Assembly: GCA_028534125.1 (NCBI GenBank) | Contig: CM052817.1 | Span: 78,742,001 to 78,806,000, forward strand | Length of the DNA: 64,000 nt | Direction of reading: 5' to 3' | Origin: Lama glama | Lineage: Eukaryota | Part shown: one piece after another, positions 1 to 10,700 of the stretch | Position numbering within the stretch: position 1 is the stretch's first letter | Layout: each line of letters begins with the position of its first letter | Translations under genes and position numbers: made by a program | The notes under the pieces: model-generated | The model's input: the letters and a program-made list of their open reading frames with translations, nothing else | What the model was told of the DNA's origin: nothing | Databases searched by the model: none

Positions 1-2759
1 AAATTTCCCTACTAATATTTATAACTCTTACTTGACACATCATTTGTTGTCTAGGGATAATTGTCTTTTCATATGCATATTCTGCCTCCTTGAGTAACAA
101 TAAACATCAAGGCAGGAATCATGAGATAACTCTGCTCGCTGTGTCTGGGAGTTTGCACTTAATAAGGCTGCATTTTGAATGTATACATTACTATTTTACA
201 GGCAGGAATATTTTATTTTTTGCACATTTCATAAATTCTAGCTTTATCATGTTCTTGAAAATTTAGAATATGGCTATTAGTAACGTTATGGGTATGTATT
301 TGCTTTCAAGATGATAAGTTAGTTTGGTCCAAAGATATAGCCTATTTTATGGACCAGACTTGATCATAACTAGAGCTAACTATCTTGCAAATTTGGCATA
401 TAGAAGTGATTCAGCAAATGTATATTGGATGGATAAATAAATGGATAGGGTACAAATGTGCATGTCTTTATCTACTCTGGAAAAAGGAATTCAGCTAACA
501 TCATAGTAAGAAGGCTAGGTTTGCCTGAGAGGGAAAGGAGCAAACCAGGATGGCATAGTGTAACCTGGGGCAGCTCTGCCCCTTGAGCACACTATCTGTG
601 CACTCACGGAGAGGACAGTGTTCAGTCCCCCTGGTCTCCTGTTCAGAGCCAGGGGTGGGAAGAGGGCCTTGCTTTTAGCAGCTGGTACTGTACTGACTCC
701 TCTTTTTTCCTGTACTCTGTTCACTTCTTTGTAAATGTTAAATTTTGTTAATCTCACCTAAAATTACTCCGTTTGAATGTGCCATCTGTCTCCAAACTCT
801 GAATGATAAGCATAGCCTCAAGGTTTGCCATACAAACATACTTTAGAAAATATTTTTGAAGGAAGCTTTGGGAAGACTCTTATTAAATATGTGGAACCAG
901 GATGAGTAAATTATCTATTTTTAATTCCAGCAATCTATTTTGTAATTTCCCATAGTTTTATTAATCCCATTGTTAGTTTCCAGAACATGTTTTATTAATG
1001 GCTTTATAAAAGCAATATCTTCTTAAATCTTTATGAGAATACTAATTAAATTTATTTCTAAGTTCTCTTTTGCTACCTTGAATTATTTGGTTACTCTGGA
1101 GTTAGTTTGCTTAACAAAGGCTACACTTGGAGGTTATGCAAGTTTTGTAAAAGCAATTAAAATGAGCTTGGTCAGTGAAGGCAGGGTACCGTTCATTATT
1201 TATAAAGATAGTTACAGTAATAGATCTGACTGATAACTACCTGAGGTTTCAATATGATGCTCATAGTCAACGGCTAGTTTTCATTTCCAAGAAATTAATG
1301 GAAAATTCTCATCCACTGTGACTATCCTCTCTTTTTCTTCATTGTTGTGAATTCATACATTTTGTTTCCTTTTATTATCATTCTGGTAGGATCTCGGGAG
1401 GGAAAATAAATGATGTTACATAATCTATTATCCTAAATGAAAAATTATTCCTTGATTATTTTTAAACCACTCAGCCTGGTGTTTAGACAGAAATTATCGC
1501 ACTGAAATGCCTACTCCTTACAGAGAAGAGATATAATTGTAGGTTTCTTAGATGCTTTTCTTCCTTGAAATCCCCCATTTTTAAATTGCCTTTGCCAATT
1601 CATTAAAAATTAATTTTAAAAATAGTTTCTTTATGTATATTTCTAACACAGTTTGGTAAACATAGCAGTAGCCAAGGAAACTGGCAGAGTGACCAGAAAC
1701 CAGAAGAGTCAGAACAGTAGTTCATTTCCTCATGTCTTCTCCCAATTTCATTTCAAATGGAGCATTTTGATGTTTTTTTTAAAATCTCATCTCTTTCTGA
1801 TTTTTTTCTTTTATAGAGAAATCATCATCTCAGTTCTGGAAAACAAAATTTGGGGGAAGCAAGAGGAAAAGGAACTTGAGATCTAAGCCAGTAAAGCTAT
1901 GTATGTTTTTAAAACTTATAGATTCAACTGATTTTTATGATTTTCTTTCGCCTAGTCTCTCATTTGCCAGCTAACTCTCTCAGCCTCAGCCTTACCTGAT
2001 TCAGAATAGAAAGGACTTTCTTGATCTTGAAATGGAAGGAGGATATCTAACAATGTCACACAGTAGGAGCTCCAAAAACATTTGTTGAAACAGTCCATGG
2101 GCAGTGAACAACACGTTGCCAGTCTATATATAGGTGTTAATGGATGTTGTTTGTTTTTGTTTCAACATTTCAAGACGTCTTGTGCTCTTCATAAAACCTA
2201 TAAATACTACATTTGAAAAGTAGCTGAAACTGCTTTTTTACTCTACTAATAGCAATAACCTCTCAACATTATTGATTATTGAAAGAGGCTGCTAGTCTTG
2301 TAGATAATAGCATTAAATGGCTTCAGGTCGAATTTTAGAGCAATAAAGCAGAAAAACATATTAAGACTACTTTGGTGAGCTGAGAGTGTAAAAGTAACTC
2401 TTTATGGAGTGATACAGAAAGGAATTTTCTTTTTACAGACTATATGGGAAGTGGAGAGGATCAGGTTGCATATTAGGAGAAAATTTCTGAATGTGTAGCT
2501 TCCACATTTTATTAGCATTACTTCACCTGCCACACGTGGCAATAAACAATCTTTGAATATATAGATAATATGGATGTAGCATAATTTACTTGGTCATTCC
2601 TCTATTGGTAGGCACTAAGGTTTTTTTTTTTCCTCTTGTTTTTGTGTTTTGTTTCTATTGATAAACACTAGTACACATCCTTTTAAATATTTTATTAAGT
2701 ATATTTAAAGAATGTCTTTAGGTAATTTTTTTTCTTTGAAAACTCCTTTGTTGCTACTG

Positions 2760-2950
2760 GAGATAGAAAGGAACATTTCATAATGATAAAACGGCCAATC
2801 ACAAAGACAAAAATCCTAAATTTGCTTGTATGTAACAGCGTAGTCTTAGCACATGAGCAAAAGCTGGCTGATGTAAAAGAGGAAGTAGACAAACACAGAA
2901 CTGTAGTGGAAGATTTTAATATACCTCTCTCGTAACTGATAATCTAAACA
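2760..2950 (+). mobile_element. Old L1 ORF2 endonuclease fragment
   Basis: Decayed translation ...HFIMIKR...EEVDKHRTVVEDFNIPLS resembles the L1 EN sequence GHFIMIKG...GEIDK.TIIVGDFNTPLS. Confidence 0.7.
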
Positions 2951-3019
2951 TGAGACCATGGATGTGAATTAAGGAAGAAATTTTGGTGCAAGATTAGTGA
3001 GTGATACGAAAAAATGTTC

Positions 3020-4420
3020 CACCTGTTTGTGCAGCTTATCTGTGCTTTCTGGATGTGCTCTAAACCGGTCTTGGGTTTACTCCTTCCATTTTATTATGAA
3101 TTGTTTCTGGGAATGCCCAACCTGTGACTTGGGGGATGTGACAGTGCTCAGCTCGCGATAGACAGTTTTGGCCACGTGGTCACTGGATAGTATGGCACTC
3201 GGTCTCTCCTAGGACCCAGTAGCATGCCTGGAGCTACATTTTGATGGTAAATAAATAGTTCTTTGCTGCAGATGACGTGGGCTTGCTCCAGCAACTCTTT
3301 AATTGCAATTTGCCAGCAGCTTCACATGACATCTTTATCTCACATAGATACTTCTAGTACTGGGGGATTTTATGGGGCCTACGATCTAGGTGATAGACTC
3401 TCTCATACTGCAACCTAGACTATTGTATCTTCTAGGTTGTATGATCCAAGTGACCAATCTGCTTGTCTGTAGCGTAGACAGGCTGCGGAGCCCCTTCTTG
3501 TCCTGGGGCCTCACTCAAACAGCTTACCATTTTGCCGGTAAGTGGGTCAAAACAGTATTCACTAGAAGAGACTATCATGCTTCCCAGACCCGAAGAGGTT
3601 CACCAAGTATCGTAGCTCTTCGTTAGTGGCAGGAGGCTCAAGGTACAAAAACCCATAAAGTACTTTGTAAGCTACGTCCCCAAATTTCCAGAACTTAAAA
3701 ATCCCTAAAACCTTCCCCAATGTAGCAGCCTCTAAGTCATTTTAAGTTTTCTCTCTTATTTCTCATCCTCTGGAGCACATGTGATTACGGAAGCAGAGTC
3801 CTTGACATTTTGTGTTTTTTTTGCTTATCAGATCTAAGTAACATAGTGTGATAAATATAGTGGACCAAAATGTTCTGCTGTGAACTCTCCAGATTGTTTA
3901 TGTTCCTTTGGACTACATGGTGAAGTAACAGGCAAATTAACATAATCTTGGTTAAAACAGTGGAAAGTATCCTGCTGTCTTTCTCATGTGAATGTAAACT
4001 GTTGCTGATTCTCCTTTTAAGCGGTCACTGAAAACAATGCATTTGCTTGCCGCATAGTGTATGTGATGTACCGGAGGCTATGACAATCTGCTCTAGCGAA
4101 GGTACCACATCCCGCGCAGCAGCAGCACTTGGAGATGACCTAAGTCTGTGCCAGCCCACTGTCATTCATTATGATCCATCTCGATTCTGCAGGGGTCTGA
4201 CTGGTGAATTAAATGGGAATATATATGATGGGTATCTATGCTGCGTCATTTAAATCTTTGAGAGTGGCACTGATCTTTGATGTTCACCCTGGGAAGCAAT
4301 ATTGTTATTTGATTTATTCTCTTGGCTACTAGGGTGGAGTGGAGGGGTCTCAAAAGCTTCCATAGGCTTTTCTTACTATGATGGATCTTATGCTACAAGT
4401 CAAGGAACCAATATAAGGAC
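3020..4420 (-). mobile_element. Fossil class III (ERV-L-like) endogenous retrovirus pol fragment (RT and connection region), with many stops and frameshifts
   Basis: Minus-strand pieces PYIGSLTCSIRSIIVRKA, ISATLKDLNDA, PFNSPVRPLQNRDGS**MTV, DVVPSLEQI, ANALFSV, QQQFTFT*ERQQDTF, LVHYIYHTM, LYLEPPATNEE..LVNLFG, VLEVSM*DKDVM*SCWQ, LQACYWVLGETE and QFIIKWK are collinear with ERV-L pol. Confidence 0.9.
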
Positions 4421-4459
4421 CCGGCATTTCTGTATTGCAAAATGAAATTCCCTTGGGTA

Positions 4460-4935
4460 TTTTTTTAATTGAAGTATAATTTTCATACAATGAATTCATC
4501 CTTTTAAAGTATACAATTCAGTAAACTTTGGCAAATGTATAAAGTCAAGTAACTATGACCAGAATCAAGAAATGAAACATTTCTATCATCAAAAAAAGTC
4601 TCTCATGCCTCTTGTATTCAATTGCCTAAACTTAGCTAGTCCCTAGCAACCACTTGCTTATTTTCTATCCCTTTGGTTTTCTCTTTTCTGGCATTTCTTA
4701 TAAATGGAATCATAGGGTATATGTTCTTTTTGGCGTGGCTTCTTTCACCCAGCATATTTTGAAATTGATTCTTGTTGTTGCATGTATTAATAGTTCATTT
4801 CTTTTTCTTGCTGAGTTATAGTCAATTGGACAGCTTTACTACAGTTTGTTTACTCATTCGCTAGTTGATAAACATTTGGGTTGTTTCCGGTTTTTGGTTA
4901 TTTTGAGTTAAGCTGTTGTGAACATTTATTTATGC
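4460..4935 (-). mobile_element. Old L1 (L1MB/L1MC-like) 3' end
   Basis: ttttttaattgaagtataattttcatacaatgaa...aaatggaatcata...gatAAACATTTGGGTTGTTTCC is a typical reverse-complemented L1M 3'UTR. Confidence 0.8.
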
Positions 4936-6482
4936 GGAAGTCTTTTTTTGATGGAATTCATTTTATCATTTCTTCCTTTTAAGTTCCCTCCTTTCAGTGT
5001 CCCTCTTTACCTTGCATAATCCTGGGTATAAACAGTTTCTTCTATGGGGAAACCAGATGGAGTAAAATGAGTGACAGCCTAGGGCAGAGGGAAAAAGGGG
5101 GAACGAGCAGATCCGTGGGTGGAGGATGAAGGGGTTTAAGAGACTCAGGACTGTGAAGTCAGGGAAAAGAGAAAGAAAGGCCATAACCAGGGCTCCTTTG
5201 GCAAATCCAAGGTGAGCTCTTGGTGGACTTCATAAACCGTGCACACCATCATCAGGACTTGGCGTCCAAACTGGACTCAGAGTTCCTTTTGCTCATGGTA
5301 GGAGTTTCTCAGTAATGGATTAGACCAGATTTATCTTCCAAAGTTTTATAACAGAGCAAAAGAATTGTATATTTCTAAAGAACAAAAGAAAGTGTGTTTT
5401 AATTATTTTGTTTCTGAAACAGCATTAATGCAATGGAAACCAAAAAAAAAAAAAAAAAAGAAAAGAGCTTTCACAGGCTGTCTAAAAATTTTACAATACA
5501 TTTTAAAACTATTATCTAATATATAAATGTTTTAGATTGAGTTCTGCAATGTTTAAGAATTTTTTTAAACTTTAATAATTTAATGGTCAGTAATAGTGTT
5601 GATTTATCCGTTTTTTTTATTGTCAGATTTGGAGCATGTGTACATAAAATTGAAAAAGAATCATATGGATATTTGCTGATTAAATGAGGATAATCAAAAT
5701 CAGTGAATCCGATTCGTTTTTAATGGTTTAATGATGTAATGATAATCATCATTTTGCTGCAGGGTAGTTCGGCACAACAAGAGGACGACATATGTAAATA
5801 ACCCGTGATGAGTCCAATTTGACACAAACCAAGTCATCAGTTTTCCTCTCTTGACTTTGTTAATTTCTGGTTGTCATAATGACATTTTTTCCTAATACCA
5901 CAGACTGTTTCATTTTTTTAAATCCATGCTTACATGAACACACATATAAAATTAAACGTCTGTATCTTGAGATCCCAATGGCCTGAGTTCTCTGGTTCCC
6001 AAGCCTGAAAGCTTTACAGGTGAAATTCCCTGAGAACTCTTGTGCTTCTCTTCCTTTCGAGTACCTGGCTGGAAGAACAAGGGCTGGAAAACTGGAGGCA
6101 GAAGAAACACTTTGGCCATGAGGCTGTGACAACCGGACTTCGGGAGTCGTAGATATTGAAGGGGAAGCAACAGGGCACCATGAGGGTGGCCGCTGGACCC
6201 ATGACACTTGGGAGGAACAGGAAAAGACTGAAGGGAGGGGTTCAGTTTGAGGGAGAATTAGATATGAACATGGGTGGGAAACTCTTATTTTTCCAACCCA
6301 GCTTTCTTGGGGGTCAGTCTTAAGCACAGTAAAATTTCACAGGCTTGGCATTGATTCTCTCTCCCATCCATTAACTACACCTAAATGCCCTTTCACATGA
6401 CAAAACATCTTTCATCCCTCTCATGAAAAATTTGTAAAAAGTTTAAAAATAGTAATATTTGATATAGTTAGATTGGCCTTAA

Positions 6483-6488
6483 TTTATT
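6483..6488 (-). terminator. Candidate distal poly(A) signal for QRFPR
   Basis: AATAAA on the minus strand ~840 nt after the stop, followed by U-rich sequence (TATTTTTAAACTTTTTAC). Confidence 0.35.
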
Positions 6489-7098
6489 ATGGTCAACTTA
6501 TAAATGAGGAGCTCAGAAACATTCTTCTTTTGAGTAGAGAAACCAGTTATAAAATAGGCACAAGTGAAAAGTTGGACTGGGTTGAGGGCGAGTCTCATGA
6601 AGGAAAAGGGGACAGAAAGAGGGGGCCAGGGGCATGAAGAGCTGCAATAATGCTCCAGAACTTGGGGAGCTGTGGAGTACCAGGTGCTTTACTGCTCTTG
6701 TCTCATGTTGCTCCAGCCACAATTCCGTGATGTAGAGGAGGTAACATCCTAGTTTTGAAAGAGAGGCTTCAGAAGGTTAAGGGACATGCCAGTCATCACA
6801 GCAATGGCAACTTGGTAGGACTCTAAGAAGCTGAGACCCCAGCACCTGCCTCTAAATCTCACCCATCTGTTATTTCACTGCTTCTCTATCTACTTCAACT
6901 TTATGATAATTAGCTAGACCTCATTAGCAAAAGACTGCATCACCAAGCTTCAATGGTGCACTAAAAATTACATTATAGTGTTCCACTATTAAACTTATGA
7001 AAGAAAAAAGATATCATTGCTATTCTTCTCATCCAATTTAGCAATAAGTAAAAAGACACAACGTTGACTGCGTGAGGGGAAACTGCTAGGCAAGGACA

Positions 7099-7122
7099 TT
7101 TATTTCTGTACAAGATTTTATT
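7099..7122 (-). terminator. Candidate proximal poly(A) signals for QRFPR (two AATAAA)
   Basis: tttatt on + at 7099-7104 and 7117-7122 is AATAAA on the gene strand, ~210-230 nt after the stop. Confidence 0.4.
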
Positions 7123-7329
7123 TTGAATCCACTTTTATAATCTACAAGGATGGTATACTAATTTTCCAAAATTGTGTTTCATGTATAATGTCATATTTTT
7201 ATGAAAAATGACAAAATTTCCTTCTTTTCATCACTCGAAGAATAAAGAACAAATCTTTGACCTTTGCTCAAATACTTTTCTCTTCAGATAAAGCTATGAA
7301 TGGCATCCATTATAAAGAAATTGTTATAA

Positions 7330-7730
7330 TTAATGCCCATTGCCTAAAGCAGAATTCTCAGAAAGTTCAGAATTGAAGAGCGCAAGATGGCGTTTGAGAT
7401 GGTTTTTCTCCTCGGGTTGTTCACACAACTTGACTTCAATGTTGCCATCACTGAACGCTTCTCCTTTGGTCTCCTCAACTGAGTTCTCTTTCCGGGGAAA
7501 CTTTGCTTTCTTTTGCATCATAGTGATTCCTGAATTTCCATGCCTTCGCACTGGAGAGAAGGTTTCCTTCACTAAGCAATAGCAAGCTGCAGATAAAAAA
7601 TTCTTTTTGAAGTTTTCATTCATAAAGGCGTAAACAATAGGATTACAGATGGAATTGGAAAACCCAATTATCTGCACTATCGCAAAAATCATCTTGATGG
7701 TGACATCGTCATACTCCTTTTCAAAATTGC
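7330..7730 (-). CDS. QRFPR: QRFPR coding exon 6 (401 nt coding; TM7 and C-tail, stop TAA)
   Basis: Acceptor tttattacag|GC. Encodes (S)NFEKEYDDVTIKMIFAIVQIIGFSNSICNPIVYAFMNENFKK...GNGH, with TAA at 7332-7330. Confidence 0.97.
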
Positions 7731-10700
7731 CTGTAATAAAATGCAATACTTTAGAACGCATATTTGTTTTAATGACCATAAAATAATGTTTCTGTTTATC
7801 TTCTATCTTTACCAAACATGCACACTTTTACAAGTGGTTATAAGTGTGAAAAATTCTCCAGACCATTTTGGAGTGAGCCATCTGATGTCTGAAGAAAAAC
7901 ACCTTTGTGATGAGTCTTCACTCTTAGACAGTCTAGGATTACATGCACAGCCCAGTGCCCAGCACATATTAGAGGATTTATTGCATTTCAACTTGATTTC
8001 AAGCTTCATGTCATCTGGAAGCAGCAGTTACCCTTCAAATATCCACTGGGTTATAGAAACACAATCACCTGAGAACCATGTTAAGTCTCAGATTATCGGA
8101 GAGAATACATTAAGGGTCTAGCTGAAATCCTGGGTTTTATTAAATTCATGTGGTTCAAGTGAGGGTTCTAAATAGAGAGCACTTACAGGATGTCACACCT
8201 CTCCCTAATGGCTTAGGGAAAACAGAAAGCCTAGCGTGAGAGAAGAATTTCTTTAATTTCTTTGTGTTTTTGTAAAATAGCTTTGCTTTATTTTTTGTAA
8301 TTATTAAAGCTTTGGTCATATGCATCCGTAATTCCCTACTGCATAACGATCTGGGAATCTTGAAGACACGAACGAAACCTATTCAATGTCTGATATTTGA
8401 TTACCCAAGTGAGTGGCAACAAATATTAATGATTCACTGCCTGTTCTAACAGGAAACAAACTAGAATTTCCATCAAATGAGAATGACAAGCACTCACTGT
8501 ATTCAATCATCATGTGAACCACATGGAAAGGTGCCCAGCACACAGCAAAGAGAGCCACCACGGTCACCATCATAACAACAGCTCGCTTCTTCTTCCTGGA
8601 CCCACAAGGATACACTGTGTTGGTTAACTTCTCCTTGGCAGATGGGTCAAGTTGAAAGCAAAGCTATTAAATACAGTTTGAGACTTCTCAATGATAATTT
8701 TTCAAATATTAATGAAGCTCACAATAGGTTCATTGTGAGTGGTCTCTCATCTTCTCCCATTGCTGTTACTTTCATTCCTGTATTTTTCATATTATGAACA
8801 TCCGTAAGATATATGCTTATTACAAGTCTAGGACTATGCTAGATGCTTGGCATGGACCATGTCATTAGTCTTCCCAACAAGCCATTTGACAGACGCAGAA
8901 ACTGGGGCACAGAGAAGGTCAAGTGACTCACAAAGTCAGATGGCTAGAAGAGGATTTAAACTAGAAAGCCTAGTTTGTATTTAAACTTCAGCAGTCTAAC
9001 TTCATATGTTAGAAAAATATGGGAAGCCCTCAGGATAGAATTAAAATGAAATCCTCCAGTATATAGTTAATTCCTATGATTAACCAGGGATCCAAACTAG
9101 TTTTCTCCATTAGTCCTGTAATAGAGATTAATGTCTTCAAGAGACCCATTTCCAAGTTTATAGTCATACTTGTTATTTATTATCTCTACATGGTAGTCCA
9201 TGGTAGTTCCGAGGAAGAGAGAGCACTAAATCAGCAAGAAGTCCCAAGTGCTGAAGAGTCCAGCACCCTGCACATTGAGAGAGGAGCGCTTTATGTAAAC
9301 TGGGCACTAGAGGTCGCCGCACACCTGAAGAAATGGTGAATTTCATCAAACCACTAGAACTCCTTGCAAGATTTTGTTTCTTTTTAATAGCCATTCAGTG
9401 TAGATGATAAAATAAACCAGAAAGCCCACAGATATCATAGAAGTAAATTTTAGGTTTTTTAAATTGCGTTTAAAAATTTCTATTAATCAATATGATCAGA
9501 AAATAAAGCCTTAGATTTATATATATATATACACATACATATATATAATAATAATAATTTAAAATAAATAACATACTCTCTCATTTCCAAAGGAGTTTCC
9601 TACATATCATCTCATGTTTTTTAGTACCATCCTTGGGTGGGAGGAAGTAAGGATGGATATTATTTTGCTTCCTGGTCTACATGAGAAAGCAGGGGACATG
9701 GGAGGAAGTAAGTAAGCAGATTTATCGACATCACATAGCTGGTGAGTGGAAGAGAAAGGAGAGCTCCACAGCAATTCCTACCATGTTGTATTGACAAAGA
9801 GGTGAAAATACGGCAATTTTTAAAATTCCAAATAAGTTTTTATTTGCAACAGTGGCTTCCCTTTTGATTTAGGAACTGGTGACCTTGCTCTTTCTTCCTG
9901 CCATACATAAAATCTCAAAAGTTCAAAGTCAGCCCAAGTGCTAAGCATGAATTACAAGTGATGCTTCCACTGCATAACTCAGAAATTCTGACATTGCAAG
10001 CAACTGTCCCTTCCAGCACAACTAATTAAAAATATTTTAAACAGAGGTGAACATTTCATTAAACGGACCTGGCTATTTTTGACATTTCTTTTCCATGAAT
10101 AGTTCGGAGCACTGAGCCATCCCCTACTCTTTTCTTTATCCAAAGTTCATAACCGATCTTACTGTACAGGATGAGCATCACCATAAGAGGCAGGAGGAAG
10201 AGGATGACAAGGATGAAGGTGGTGTAGATTTTCTGGTGCACAGGGCTGGCCCACTCTTCCAAGCAGCAGACGTGTTCTTTTTCATATAAGAAGTCATACT
10301 TAATCTTCAAAATAAGTGTAATTCAGTTAGAAGAGCCAGAGTTTGCAGCAAAAGAACCCAAAGCAGCCAAGTGGTATTACAATGCAGCATTTTTCAGACC
10401 CTCACATATTTACCATGTGTACATATTTCAGACGAGATAATATTTTGATTTTCTTTTGTTGTGAAGTATGGTTTTTCCACATCACTGCTTAAATTCTTAA
10501 GTTTCATATTTTCCATTTTAAATGGAATGGAGGTCCATAGCCTCTTGTTCTTTTTTGTTTTTTTTATCTTTCTCAGCTTTTTACAGGATGGTTGGTAGTC
10601 ATAAGTTTTCAACTGCATGAAAAAACACTACAATGACCAAAGTATGTACGTATGAAAAAAAAATTTTGTACTGCGTGCCAGTTACATTAATGTACAATGT

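Noticed and set aside
5180..5465. Poly(A) run at ~5443-5464 suggesting a processed pseudogene
   Set aside because: No recognisable coding sequence upstream, no canonical poly(A) signal and no convincing TSD.
5860..6327. 155 aa minus-strand ORF downstream of QRFPR
   Set aside because: Non-ATG start, Ser/Pro-rich, no recognisable homology or exon structure.
7731..7815. Upstream extension of the exon-6 ORF (MVKIEDKQKHYF...)
   Set aside because: Intronic read-through. QRFPR homology begins exactly at the ttacag acceptor (7730).
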